From contig JAJZLT010000016.1 of NCBI GenBank assembly GCA_021803245.1, forward strand, positions 1 through 63,098: 63,098 nt of DNA, read 5' to 3'. Positions 9,291 through 19,135 of this stretch are shown here, piece by piece; positions within the stretch are counted from its first letter, which is position 1, and every line of letters begins with the position of its first letter. This DNA comes from Candidatus Micrarchaeota archaeon (GTDB lineage: Archaea > Micrarchaeota > Micrarchaeia > Micrarchaeales > CABMGC01). Below the pieces are notes generated by a model, which was not told the DNA's origin, did no database searches, and was given only the letters and a program-made list of their open reading frames with translations. The position numbers were made by a program, and so were the translations under genes.

Positions 9291-10766
9291 ATGCAAATTG
9301 GTGGGGCTACGATGAGGTCATCTGTACTGCTTATACTGTTATGCGCTCTGCTCCTGCCTTTCCTTATCACATCCACAGCGGCTGCCGCGCCCCAGACCAA
9401 AACCACCATAACAAATGCAAATGTGCTAAACCAGTGGCTAAGTGTTATAATGATAGCGGTGCTGGCCAGCGTGCTGCTGCTTATCTTTTACTATGTTGCA
9501 GGATACCTTCTCAATAATGCGCAGATAAAGACAACTGCAATCAACGAGATCCAGCAGGCTTTCGGCACAGCAGTGGCAGTCTTTATAATAATAGCTGCAC
9601 TTGATTTTGTAGGGAATGCGGTTTTCTCTAGTACAAATCTCGTGCCTCCTTCGACCATAAGCAACATCTGCACTACCTTGACTGGCGCTAATCTGGATTT
9701 TGTGAAAAATGCTGCACCTAATGGATATTACACGCCTACAAACACTCTCTGCAATGGCATTATAAGCAAGGCCAAAAGCGGCACTCTCAGCGTCTCAAAT
9801 TCCATCGACTATGGCTTAGGGGCCTCTTACATAATAATAGCCAACATAACCAACCAGAGCCTCACTAATCTGAATGCGGTCTACATTTTCGAGAGCTATA
9901 CCGGATTCTTGACCGCACTGAACCCCACGGCAAGCGTTTGCATACCTAATGATATCTGCCTGACTGAAGGTGTGCCGGCCTTCTACGCTTCTATCAGCTA
10001 TGCACCTTTTGCCGCTTATGGAACTCTTAGGGGAGTTGTCTTTCCTGTAGCCTCGCAATCAGAGATGATTTTTTACATGAGTCTGCTGGAGGAGATGGCG
10101 ATACTGCTTATGCTTTACGCATGGCCATATATACTCGCTGCGGGCATAATACTGCGCGCGTTTACTTTTACCCGGCGGGCAGGCGGGCTTATCATTGCCT
10201 TGGTGCTCTCTGCCCTGATTATCTTCCCGCTGATAATGCTTTTTGAGTACTCCTCTCTTACTAATCCGCATATAGTGCCGGTAGGTGCGAATGAGATAAC
10301 CGTAAATGCGATAAGCAATAGCATTGCGCTTAAAGGATTACCCGTTGGAAAAACCAACACCCCTGCAAACGTAATAGATTACAGCTCCGGCACCATAAAC
10401 TTCTTCTCCTTCCCGCGCGCAGACTACGTGCTTAATTACGAAGGCTGCTGGCCCGGCACGTCAATGCTTACCAGGGAAGCGGAGATAGTAGGAGGTTATG
10501 CCATACCGGGTTACGGGGAATTTCTCACCCTCTCAACTGTGCTCGGATCGTTCACTGGATCGGTGCCTGCTGTGCCCTTCACAAATTGCAACTGGCCCAA
10601 TGTAATACACTCGCTCTTTGCGCTTGAAAACCTCTATGGAATACTCTCAGTGATAGGAATAATAGTGCCAATACTCAATCTCCTGCTTGTGCTTGGCAGC
10701 GCCAGAAGCCTATCATTCCTGCTTGGCGGAGACATGAATATCTTTGGGCTTGGGCGCTTGTTGTAG
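9291..10766 (+). CDS. CedA/VirB6-like polytopic membrane protein, paralogue 3
   Basis: 491 aa (alternative start 9312); motif AGIILRAFTFTRRAGGLIIALVLSALIIFP; C-terminal LSFLLGGDMNIFGLGRLL. Confidence 0.7.
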   Translation: MQIGGATMRSSVLLILLCALLLPFLITSTAAAAPQTKTTITNANVLNQWLSVIMIAVLASVLLLIFYYVAGYLLNNAQIKTTAINEIQQAFGTAVAVFIIIAALDFVGNAVFSSTNLVPPSTISNICTTLTGANLDFVKNAAPNGYYTPTNTLCNGIISKAKSGTLSVSNSIDYGLGASYIIIANITNQSLTNLNAVYIFESYTGFLTALNPTASVCIPNDICLTEGVPAFYASISYAPFAAYGTLRGVVFPVASQSEMIFYMSLLEEMAILLMLYAWPYILAAGIILRAFTFTRRAGGLIIALVLSALIIFPLIMLFEYSSLTNPHIVPVGANEITVNAISNSIALKGLPVGKTNTPANVIDYSSGTINFFSFPRADYVLNYEGCWPGTSMLTREAEIVGGYAIPGYGEFLTLSTVLGSFTGSVPAVPFTNCNWPNVIHSLFALENLYGILSVIGIIVPILNLLLVLGSARSLSFLLGGDMNIFGLGRLL

Positions 10767-10774
10767 GTTTGACC

Positions 10775-11989
10775 ATGAAAAAATACGCGCTCGCACTGCT
10801 CTTTGCCTTTTTCGTATTAGCTTCGCCTTCACTCGACATGGCGTCACCTCCCGCTACAATAGGTAGCACATACTGCACGCCCATCTTTACGCCTAGCAAA
10901 GCAGTAGTCTCTACTTCATTCGTGCTAAGCCCCGGCTCTGTGCCAATACACGGTACTTTTGGCGGGGTGATAAGCATAGCCCTCCTCATAGTGCTGATGG
11001 TGTTTACTGTAATAGCACTCGTATATGGGGTAGGAGTAGCTTTCAGAATAGACAAGCTTATTAGATTCGGTCGCGCCGAGCTTCTTGAATCGTTTGCGAA
11101 CGTAGTGATAATAGTAGTAATAGCGTTTGGGGTAGGAACCATACTAGGCGCAGCGTCTTTCCTTGCCAACCTGGGCTCGCTTAATGTGGTTGCTCCTTCA
11201 TCCGGTTTTTCCACAGGCGTGCAGGGTTTCTATACCAACACATGCATAAACATCTTCAACAACGTCATAATAACCAGCTTATTTGACATGGTAGGAGGCC
11301 TTGCTAACGCTGTCGTCTACGAGATACTTGACGACTTCCAGCTAACTTTCGTGCCAGGGGGCTACATTTCCTATGTTGTACCTGGTTTTGAGGTCCAGCC
11401 ATTTCAGGGAATAGGCCCAATAGTCTCGCTGACCTTCGTTGAGACCTCCACATTTACAGCATTCATTATGACAGGATTGGGCATAATCTTCATGCTTTTT
11501 GTCATTTATTACCTTTTCCCTGTCTTCCTTTATTTGGGGATAGTGCTCAGGTCATTCCCATGGACGAGACCGGCAGGAGGTGCGCTTATAGCGATATTCG
11601 TCTCGTTTTACATCTTCTTCCCCGCCCTACTCTATCCTTTCACTACCTTCGGCAGTAGCGTCAGTAACATATACTGCAATGGCTCTTCATCGCACGGAGG
11701 AACCACTTCAACCACCGGGAGTCCAGTTCCGGATATCTGCAGCTCAAATAATATTACGCATTACATCGCTACTGGGGGCATAGATGCCTTGCTGGCCCTT
11801 TTGGGCAACATTAACGCCGCATTCAACAGTAATGTAGAGATATATGCGAGCATGGTAGCCGCATTCGCGATTGAGTTTATAGGATTTGCCATAGCATTTC
11901 TTATATCCTACGACCTGCTGGAGGTTTTTGGAGACCTGTTCGGCTCGCCTTCGCTGCAGGCGAATAGAATACTGAGTAGATTGATATGA
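10775..11989 (+). CDS. CedA/VirB6-like polytopic membrane protein, paralogue 4
   Basis: ATG at 10775 (ORF track starts at TTG 10769); motif LGIVLRSFPWTRPAGGALIAIFVSFYIFFP. Confidence 0.7.
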   Translation: MKKYALALLFAFFVLASPSLDMASPPATIGSTYCTPIFTPSKAVVSTSFVLSPGSVPIHGTFGGVISIALLIVLMVFTVIALVYGVGVAFRIDKLIRFGRAELLESFANVVIIVVIAFGVGTILGAASFLANLGSLNVVAPSSGFSTGVQGFYTNTCINIFNNVIITSLFDMVGGLANAVVYEILDDFQLTFVPGGYISYVVPGFEVQPFQGIGPIVSLTFVETSTFTAFIMTGLGIIFMLFVIYYLFPVFLYLGIVLRSFPWTRPAGGALIAIFVSFYIFFPALLYPFTTFGSSVSNIYCNGSSSHGGTTSTTGSPVPDICSSNNITHYIATGGIDALLALLGNINAAFNSNVEIYASMVAAFAIEFIGFAIAFLISYDLLEVFGDLFGSPSLQANRILSRLI

Positions 11990-13185
11990 TGCTTTTGCCT
12001 TTTCTCTTGCCTGGGGGATATGCGCTTGCTGCCAACGGATGCTCAGCCACAGGCGGTGCGGCAAGCCTGGCCAACTATATTACCGCACCATGCGGGGCAT
12101 GGTTCCCTATTGCATTGATAGCCGTACTGATGGTGATAGGGCTTATGGCCATAATATATGGCCTGAGTGAATTCATAGGAAGGAATGATATAAAGACGTG
12201 GGTCAGGGTAAAGATTTATGACGCGCTGCTTTCTATAGTCTTTATACTCATCTTTGCTGCATTCGGCACGCTCTTATTTACGATACCTGTAGCATCAACC
12301 CTGCAGAGCGTGAAGCTCTTCCCTGGAAGCGGGGGAAGCACGCCTTCTGAATGCGCAGCCCAATCGCCTACGAAAGTAAACAACCTTTATTCGGTAGCGT
12401 CGTGCGACATGTTCCTCTTCAACTTTTACGAAGCGAACCTAAACTTATATATATTCTATAGCTTTCTTCTTACTTCTGCAGTATCCCCATCGATAGGATT
12501 CGCGCTCAGTTTTGGGCCAGGCTCGCTAAGCAGCGGAGGCAGCACAGGCAGCCTTGCAGGCAGCGTAGGAATCGGTGCTTCAGGCATTGAGATCTTCCCG
12601 CAATACGCGTCTTATAAATTCCTTGGGCCGGTGCTCGACCTTTTCTATGGCCTGATACTGCTGAATCAGGTTCAGCTTATACTTATCGCAGCTTCCGGGT
12701 TAATCTTCTCCATCTTTATGGCACTTGGACTGATTGCAAGGGCTTTTGTGATAACGCGCACGTTCGGTGGCGCGATGATAGCATTTGCAATAGGAATAGG
12801 ATTTATCTACCCTCTTCTTGTTTCGATAAACTATGGCTTTCTTGTATATGCGCTCTCTACAAACACGCTGAGTTCTCTTGTAAATTTCTCAAGCGGAACC
12901 TTTGCGTTTTTTGGCGTGCCTCTGATGTTTATTAATCTGATAGCAAGCCTGACAACAGGCCTCGTTGGTTCTGCCCTCTCATTCTTTTCTGTTGGCAGTT
13001 CGGCATATACTCAAGTGGTAAGCGTATTTCCTGCCGCCCTCTTTGAGTACTTCGGCCTTGTGATTTCAGGGCTTATGTTCATACCTGTGCTTGAGCTTGT
13101 GCTTGTCGACGTCTTCATCATAGACTTCTCGCAGGCGATAGGGGAACGCATGGACCTCCTCTCGCTATTTACGAGGCTGCTGTGA
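11986..13185 (+). CDS. CedA/VirB6-like polytopic membrane protein, paralogue 5
   Basis: 399 aa; ATGA overlap with previous gene; motif LGLIARAFVITRTFGGAMIAFAIGIGFIYP. Confidence 0.7.
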   Translation: MMLLPFLLPGGYALAANGCSATGGAASLANYITAPCGAWFPIALIAVLMVIGLMAIIYGLSEFIGRNDIKTWVRVKIYDALLSIVFILIFAAFGTLLFTIPVASTLQSVKLFPGSGGSTPSECAAQSPTKVNNLYSVASCDMFLFNFYEANLNLYIFYSFLLTSAVSPSIGFALSFGPGSLSSGGSTGSLAGSVGIGASGIEIFPQYASYKFLGPVLDLFYGLILLNQVQLILIAASGLIFSIFMALGLIARAFVITRTFGGAMIAFAIGIGFIYPLLVSINYGFLVYALSTNTLSSLVNFSSGTFAFFGVPLMFINLIASLTTGLVGSALSFFSVGSSAYTQVVSVFPAALFEYFGLVISGLMFIPVLELVLVDVFIIDFSQAIGERMDLLSLFTRLL

Positions 13186-13195
13186 GCTGATTTGC

Positions 13196-14275
13196 ATGAG
13201 GAGAATACTTGTTTATCTCATCCCGCTTTCGCTTCTTCTAATCAGCATAGCCCACTCCTCTTACTTCTCCACTTACTGCGCACCAGTAAGCACTGCTGCT
13301 ACAGGCTTTAATGTCAACGCGCTCGCGCCTTGGTACTGCAGCCAGATAAACCAGACTCTCGCCAGCGACTGGAGCTACTGGGAGCCAATTGCGTTTGCCG
13401 CAATCATGTTCTCGCTTGCAGTAGGAATAATAATATGGACCTTCGGAGGGCTCCTGCGAAACGAGCGGTTGAGGACGTTTGGCCTTGGCGAGCTTTATGA
13501 GGCGTTCGCAACCGCCGTAATAGTAGTGCTGTTTCTCTTCATCTCTGCAGTTATGCTCGGCCTGCTTCCCAGCGTCGTGGTAGGCAACATTAACCCGTAC
13601 AGCACATCGCTTAACTACATAGCAGGCACAATAAATTCTGTGCAGCAGGAGGTTTACAGCGCCTTTTATATAGAGGTTCTTGACCGATATTATTCCAGCA
13701 TAAGACTTCAGGTATGCATACTTGCTGTTTGCAAGGGCATACCGGAAACTTTCACATATATAATAAACTATCTTTACTATATCCCGGCTTTCACCATAAT
13801 AGACCTGCTGCTTGACGGGATCATGCTGCTGTACGGCGAATTCTACCTGATACAGATCTTCCTTTACATGGCCATACCGGTCTTCCTCATTCCAGGCATA
13901 ATACTTCGCGCGATAATGCCTACGAGGGGCATAGGCGGCATGATGATAGCTATTGCAATAGGCTTTTACGTTATAATGCCTATCCTCTTTGCAACTGCGT
14001 ACGCCTTCAGCGCAAAGCAGCTGATAAACCAGTTTGATGCGAATACGGCACAGTTCCAGCAGTATGGGCAGGGTACAGGTGCACAGATAAACGCCCTTAC
14101 CCCGTCTTCGCCGCTGATAGAGACGCTGACAAACATACAGAGCCAGATGGGAAGCTTCTGGCTTGCAGTTGTTTTCTGGCCTTCGCTCATAATAGGCATA
14201 TGCTACGAGATTATAATTCAGATAGCAGAATTCATAGGAGGCATGGCGCAGGGCTCAGGAAGGATGAGGATATAG
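13196..14275 (+). CDS. CedA/VirB6-like polytopic membrane protein, paralogue 6
   Basis: 359 aa; motif PGIILRAIMPTRGIGGMMIAIAIGFYVIMP; C-terminal IAEFIGG. Confidence 0.7.
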   Translation: MRRILVYLIPLSLLLISIAHSSYFSTYCAPVSTAATGFNVNALAPWYCSQINQTLASDWSYWEPIAFAAIMFSLAVGIIIWTFGGLLRNERLRTFGLGELYEAFATAVIVVLFLFISAVMLGLLPSVVVGNINPYSTSLNYIAGTINSVQQEVYSAFYIEVLDRYYSSIRLQVCILAVCKGIPETFTYIINYLYYIPAFTIIDLLLDGIMLLYGEFYLIQIFLYMAIPVFLIPGIILRAIMPTRGIGGMMIAIAIGFYVIMPILFATAYAFSAKQLINQFDANTAQFQQYGQGTGAQINALTPSSPLIETLTNIQSQMGSFWLAVVFWPSLIIGICYEIIIQIAEFIGGMAQGSGRMRI

Positions 14276-14336
14276 CCGTAATTGGCACTTCCCTGCGTTA
14301 ATTTAATAAGCTTTCCAGTTTATTCTTAATTGATCG

Positions 14337-15176
14337 GTGTTCGTGTTGGCACTTAACCTGCAGCTCCTGCTCTTTGTGATACTCGTAGGAGCAGGAATAG
14401 TTGTTGCTGTCTTCATCTACGCTGTTCCGTCCCCTGTGCTTTCGCCGATTCTGGCAGTAATAACACTCGTAATTGCTGTCTTCGCTTTCGCCACTAAATA
14501 CTATACGTACCTGATGGTGCCTGCACTGAAGATGAAAGGCAGAACCATAGTGCTCAGCGCAGACGAACCGTTTATCATAGCGCCCAATAACGCCGCAATA
14601 TTGATGCATGAGGGACAGGAGGTTTACGCGAGCGCGTTCGTAAAAATTCCGCTTTACAGGTCTGCCACCGAGATGAGCAATGATGAGAAGCTCGATTTTG
14701 CGCGCCTCTTCTCGAGGATGACTACGCTCAGCAAGACACCTGTCAAGATCTCTTCGCAGATGCACGTGATAAACAAGGATGAATATATTACAAGCATAAG
14801 GAACAAGCTTAACGAGGCCCAGGAGCGATACGCCACGCTTGGGGCGAAGCCCGGGGGCAGCAAGGCAAGCAATGACAGAATAAAAGGCGAAGTCACCATG
14901 TGGAAGAACCTCATGGACAATGTCAGCGCCTCGCAGGCACATGCACTCACTATATATGCAATGGTCAGCGCTATGGGCGGCAATGAGGAGGAAGCATTGA
15001 CTATTGTCAATCAGCAGGCAGAGGATTTTGCTGCAGGAGTTAGCGCCATATTCGGAGTAAGTGCATATGTAGTGAAAGGCATCGAGCTTCTTACATTCAT
15101 AGAGCCGGACCACATGATACCGGTAGAGACGGTGACTGAAAGGCTTAAGGAGAAGGCTACAGAAGAGGCGCTATAG
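14337..15176 (+). CDS. Membrane-anchored protein resembling the non-catalytic N-terminal domain of VirB4/TraC
   Basis: 279 aa; two N-terminal TM helices then alpha/beta domain with coiled-coil insertion and VSAMGGNEEEALTIVNQQ segment; paralogous to next gene. Confidence 0.55.
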   Translation: MFVLALNLQLLLFVILVGAGIVVAVFIYAVPSPVLSPILAVITLVIAVFAFATKYYTYLMVPALKMKGRTIVLSADEPFIIAPNNAAILMHEGQEVYASAFVKIPLYRSATEMSNDEKLDFARLFSRMTTLSKTPVKISSQMHVINKDEYITSIRNKLNEAQERYATLGAKPGGSKASNDRIKGEVTMWKNLMDNVSASQAHALTIYAMVSAMGGNEEEALTIVNQQAEDFAAGVSAIFGVSAYVVKGIELLTFIEPDHMIPVETVTERLKEKATEEAL

Positions 15177-16001
15177 ATGGACGAGTATACCATAATGTAC
15201 TTATCGATTTCAGGCATACTCATATTCATCGTTATTGCAGGCTATGGCGCATACGGCTCATTTGCACCGTTCGTGATCGTCTTGGCCATACTTGCCATGC
15301 TACTTATACTCTTGCTTAATTATGCCGACTTCGTGATCTTCCCGGTTATAACGCAGGTGCTTGGAATAAAGGTGCTCCTCTGGAAGGATTACATGGTGCC
15401 CAAGACAGAGAACTGCGTGATAAAATACACTAAAGGGCTGTACTACGCGCAGGGCTATCTCTCGGCAAACATTTATAACTACATCTTCGCTGCGGAAAAC
15501 ATAAACCAGGAAGAAGATGCAGGCATAATCAGCGGTGCAGATAAATGGGAGAGGATAGTTATGAGCATAGACTTTCCGTTCAAGTTTAATGTAGTTTCAC
15601 TCGCAGAAGAATTGCAGAAGCACAGGGAAGAGCTTGAAGGCAGGCGCGGTTTCCTGCAGTTTCAGATGTCGCGGGAAATGAGCAGCGGCAATCCAAACAC
15701 TCTGACAATACAGGAGATGCAGAAGAAGATAAATATAATACAGGCAAGGATAGACAGGATCTCGGCAGGAGAAAGGCCGGTGAAGACGATAATGTACATA
15801 GAAACAGTTGCAGTCGGAGTCAGCGAGAAAGAGGCCACAGATAACCTTACCAATCAGCTAAACAAGCTGATTACAGTGTTCAATTCATTCGACCTGAGCA
15901 TAATGCGCGTAACGGGAAGGGAGATGCATATACTCAACAAACTTAACTATAGGATTATGGACTTTGACCTGCTTAACAGACAGTTCCAGCTGCAAAAATA
16001 A
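15177..16001 (+). CDS. Second membrane-anchored VirB4-N-domain-like protein
   Basis: 274 aa; two N-terminal TM helices; VAVGVSEKEATDNLTNQLNKL segment parallels the previous gene; starts immediately after its stop codon. Confidence 0.55.
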   Translation: MDEYTIMYLSISGILIFIVIAGYGAYGSFAPFVIVLAILAMLLILLLNYADFVIFPVITQVLGIKVLLWKDYMVPKTENCVIKYTKGLYYAQGYLSANIYNYIFAAENINQEEDAGIISGADKWERIVMSIDFPFKFNVVSLAEELQKHREELEGRRGFLQFQMSREMSSGNPNTLTIQEMQKKINIIQARIDRISAGERPVKTIMYIETVAVGVSEKEATDNLTNQLNKLITVFNSFDLSIMRVTGREMHILNKLNYRIMDFDLLNRQFQLQK

Positions 16002-16003
16002 AT

Positions 16004-16018
16004 GAAATATATTTAAGC
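16004..16018 (+). promoter_or_regulatory. Probable archaeal BRE/TATA box for the ATPase gene
   Basis: GAAATATATTTAAGC lies 23-37 nt upstream of ATG 16041, consistent with a leaderless transcript. Confidence 0.45.
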
Positions 16019-16040
16019 TTTGAAAGCCAAGTGCATTTGT

Positions 16041-17555
16041 ATGTCGATTGTGCGTATCCAGAACGTAATGAGCAATGAGCTCTCGAAGAGAATCTTCGTC
16101 ACCAGACCTCCGGAGCCGCCTTACGAGTTTCTGCTCAATGACCCTACAGATTCGATCTTTATAGGTATAACCAAGCTCTTTGGAGTGCCATTTACGTGGA
16201 ATTTTGCGAATCTTGCGAACCCGCACATATCCGTAGTAGGAATTACCGGATCTGGAAAGAGCTTTTTTGTGAAGACCTTCCTGACCAGAGCCAGCTTCGT
16301 CTGGAATACAAATGCAATAATAGTCGACTGGGCAGGCGAATACATAGCTTGGGTAAGGAATAGCGGTGGCGTGGTAGTCTCGCTTGCTAAAGGGGACTAC
16401 ATGAACCTGATGGACCTCTCTGGCACAAAGCCCCTCGACCGAGTAAAGCAGATTATGAATGCCTTTGACATACTTACAGACATCTCTGATTTCCCTGAGC
16501 AGCGGAGGCTTACCGCAGAAGCGATGGAGCAGGCTTATCTGAATGCAGGATTCGGGCTTGCAACACTTCCGGATCCGAGGAGGGAGGTGCCAACGCTCAA
16601 GGATGTTACAAAGCTGCTTGAAGAGAAACTGCAGGAAGGCACATACCAGTATCCTGCAGAGCTGGAAAATACAATTTATAGGTTAAGGCAGTTCTCCAGG
16701 GAAGGGGAGGACTATTTCGCCAAGAAGAGCACAATAGACCTCGGCAAACTTGCCACCTCCGGTCTGGTAGACATAGACCTTTCCGGACTCCCTGATGAGA
16801 AGTTCAGGGCCATGGCTGCTCTCTTCATTCTTCAGACGCTAGAAGTGATAATGCGCGCTGAAGGATGGAGCTCAAACAAGGGATTAAAGGCGCTGGTGGT
16901 CCTTGACGAGGCCTGGAAGATAGCCAACGACGAGAGGAGTGACGCCATAACGATAATAAGAGAGGGCAGGAAGTATCAGTTCGGGCTCATAGTAGCATCT
17001 CAAAATCCAACAGATATAAATGAGGCCATCTTCTCTAACGTAGGCACTACAATAATGCTCAAGATAAAGTTTGAGAAATTCTTGGACTACCTGCAGGGTT
17101 CGCTCAACTTCTCTGCTTACATAAGGAAAGAAATAGGCAATTTCGGGGTTGGGCAGGCTGCCGTTGACATGTCCTTTAACACGTCTGTCCAATTTCCCAA
17201 TGTCTTCGTAATCGAGAGGATAGTAGGGGAAGTGCCGCTTGATACCTACACCATAACCATAGGAGACATACTCACGCCATCTGAGCAGGAACAGAAAACT
17301 ATACCTAAGGATTATTCCTTTGAGAGGATAGACATGAGCTCAAAATTCGTAGATGCGGGCTTCAGCGCAGAGGCAATACAGAAGATATTCAAAGGCATGG
17401 ATAGCAGGGGGAGGATAATTGACATAAGGGCTATGATGCAGATACTCTCTGCCGAGAATATTGACAAGAATGTCATGGTTTCATTCTTAAGAGGCATAGG
17501 CCTCTCTGACACGCTGATAACACGGGTCTTCGGATACCTGGCAGCGCAGATGTGA
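16041..17555 (+). CDS. VirB4/CedB/HerA-family (FtsK-HerA superfamily) P-loop ATPase
   Basis: NPHISVVGITGSGKS (Walker A), IIVDWAGEY, LVVLDEAW (Walker B), REGRKYQFGLIVASQNPTD; likely start ATG 16041. Confidence 0.9.
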   Translation: MSIVRIQNVMSNELSKRIFVTRPPEPPYEFLLNDPTDSIFIGITKLFGVPFTWNFANLANPHISVVGITGSGKSFFVKTFLTRASFVWNTNAIIVDWAGEYIAWVRNSGGVVVSLAKGDYMNLMDLSGTKPLDRVKQIMNAFDILTDISDFPEQRRLTAEAMEQAYLNAGFGLATLPDPRREVPTLKDVTKLLEEKLQEGTYQYPAELENTIYRLRQFSREGEDYFAKKSTIDLGKLATSGLVDIDLSGLPDEKFRAMAALFILQTLEVIMRAEGWSSNKGLKALVVLDEAWKIANDERSDAITIIREGRKYQFGLIVASQNPTDINEAIFSNVGTTIMLKIKFEKFLDYLQGSLNFSAYIRKEIGNFGVGQAAVDMSFNTSVQFPNVFVIERIVGEVPLDTYTITIGDILTPSEQEQKTIPKDYSFERIDMSSKFVDAGFSAEAIQKIFKGMDSRGRIIDIRAMMQILSAENIDKNVMVSFLRGIGLSDTLITRVFGYLAAQM

Positions 17556-17556
17556 T

Positions 17557-17856
17557 TTGACGACTGGAACATTTATAATAAGCAGGATAGAGCTTGAACG
17601 GGTGCTTACCGGGCTAGGAGTCAGTACGCAAAAGATCGAAGGCCTCGTTTCTGCGCTCAACAAGATGCACAGGCATTCGAATGCGGTGGCGTTCGTAGGC
17701 ATGCTCCAGAAGACCGGGCTAAGACAGCCTGAGATAGCGAATATATTAAGGAGGATAGGGATAGACGATGTTACTGTTACAAATATCTTTAACTCTCTTG
17801 ACGAGGAGAGGATAAAGAGCGCATTTGGCAGGATTGTGGAACTGAAGGTGGAATGA
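17557..17856 (+). CDS. Small helical protein homologous to the C-terminal domain of the upstream ATPase
   Basis: 99 aa, TTG start; aligns by eye without gaps to the ATPase C-terminus (RIE/RID, GVS/GFS, LRRIGIDD/LRGIGLSD). Confidence 0.7.
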   Translation: MTTGTFIISRIELERVLTGLGVSTQKIEGLVSALNKMHRHSNAVAFVGMLQKTGLRQPEIANILRRIGIDDVTVTNIFNSLDEERIKSAFGRIVELKVE

Positions 17857-18257
17857 TGCAGGCCAAGAAGCAGCACACATACTGCATGGTATGCGGAAAG
17901 GAGAAAACAGGCATCTCTGTCAAGGAGGATTATGTTATAGACATTATAAGGTGGTTCAAGAAGACAGTGCTCAGGTCCGAAAGCCACAACCTGCTTGTAG
18001 TATGCAAAGAGGATTACCCAGTATATAAGAAATACAGGAAGAGGTTCGTATCAAGGCAGCGGATCTATATAGTGCTTGGCGTTCTTTTCGTAATCTTTGG
18101 CATGATTATCTCGCCGTTTATAACCACGCTGCTTTATATGCTTGCGCTTCTTCTTTTCCTGTACCTCCTCTCCCTGATAAATTATGTGCCTGCACTGGAT
18201 CTGATGAAATATAAGGAAGGCAAGAAAACCGTAGGCAAGAAGAAGGATGCACTGTGA
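17853..18257 (+). CDS. Small membrane protein with N-terminal Cys-containing (possible zinc-binding) domain
   Basis: 134 aa; YCMVCGKEK and LVVCKED, two C-terminal TM helices; ATGA-coupled to previous gene. Confidence 0.7.
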   Translation: MMQAKKQHTYCMVCGKEKTGISVKEDYVIDIIRWFKKTVLRSESHNLLVVCKEDYPVYKKYRKRFVSRQRIYIVLGVLFVIFGMIISPFITTLLYMLALLLFLYLLSLINYVPALDLMKYKEGKKTVGKKKDAL

Positions 18258-18405
18258 GTGCAAAAATGCCAGGCTCTCTTTTTTTTGGCATGGAAAGCCT
18301 TTATAGCTTGACTTCCAAATAATACCGTTTTTTCTCCTATTCGAGAAATAAAACAGTATATAAACTTTAGGATATACCAATTATCATTGATGAGATTGTG
18401 GTCTT

Positions 18406-19131
18406 GTGGCTGAAGATGTAAATATTACTCCACGGGTTGAGAAAGCAGAGTTCCAAGCGCATATTACTGGAAGTATGCAGGATTTGGCTGCAGAGATCAA
18501 GAAAGTACCTTTTTATTCTGTAAGCGTTTCTGAAAATGAGCTTTTTGCCGTGATGGTAGAGAGCAGGAATATAAAGAAGAGGCCATACCTATTTCACATC
18601 ATGCACTTTTCTGAGAACAAGCTTACGCTTATATATTCGATAGTGCAGGATAGCAGCGAAGACATGAGACGGGCTACGGTGCTCAGATATGCCTCCTCTT
18701 TGCTTTCTATGGTCTCAGACCGTTGTCAGGTCGACCAGGGCTCTTTCTATCAGTACATTGACTCTGTGCTTGGAAACATACTGACCGGCATTTCGCAGCC
18801 ATTCAGCGCACTTTTCAATAAGTACGGTTCGCTTGTCTCGGAGTATAGGGAAGTGAAGAGGATAAATCTAGAGCTTTCAGCCTCAAACAGGAATCTCACG
18901 CTGCAAAGCTCGAAGCTGGATGAAGAGAACAAGAAACTCAATGCACAGCTGGAGAAGCTGGAGACATATTCTGACGAATCGCTCATGGCCATGGTGCAGG
19001 ATTGGCTGGAGGTGCACAACAGCACCATAGAGGTTAATGATTTCGCGAAAAACCACGGCATCTCTGCGCCGCGGGTGGAGCAGATACTTGATAAGATGGT
19101 TTCGAGGGGTTATCTGGAACTGAAGAGCTGA
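18406..19131 (+). CDS. Coiled-coil protein with C-terminal winged-helix-like domain
   Basis: 241 aa; heptad region LVSEYREVKRINLEL...LNAQLEKL then IEVNDFAKNHGISAPRVEQILDKMVSRGYLELKS. Confidence 0.7.
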   Translation: MAEDVNITPRVEKAEFQAHITGSMQDLAAEIKKVPFYSVSVSENELFAVMVESRNIKKRPYLFHIMHFSENKLTLIYSIVQDSSEDMRRATVLRYASSLLSMVSDRCQVDQGSFYQYIDSVLGNILTGISQPFSALFNKYGSLVSEYREVKRINLELSASNRNLTLQSSKLDEENKKLNAQLEKLETYSDESLMAMVQDWLEVHNSTIEVNDFAKNHGISAPRVEQILDKMVSRGYLELKS

Positions 19132-19135
19132 GCTT

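Noticed and set aside
16041..17555. DNA-repair HerA of the herA-mre11-rad50-nurA operon
   Set aside because: No N-terminal HAS barrel and none of the partner genes; neighbours are membrane proteins
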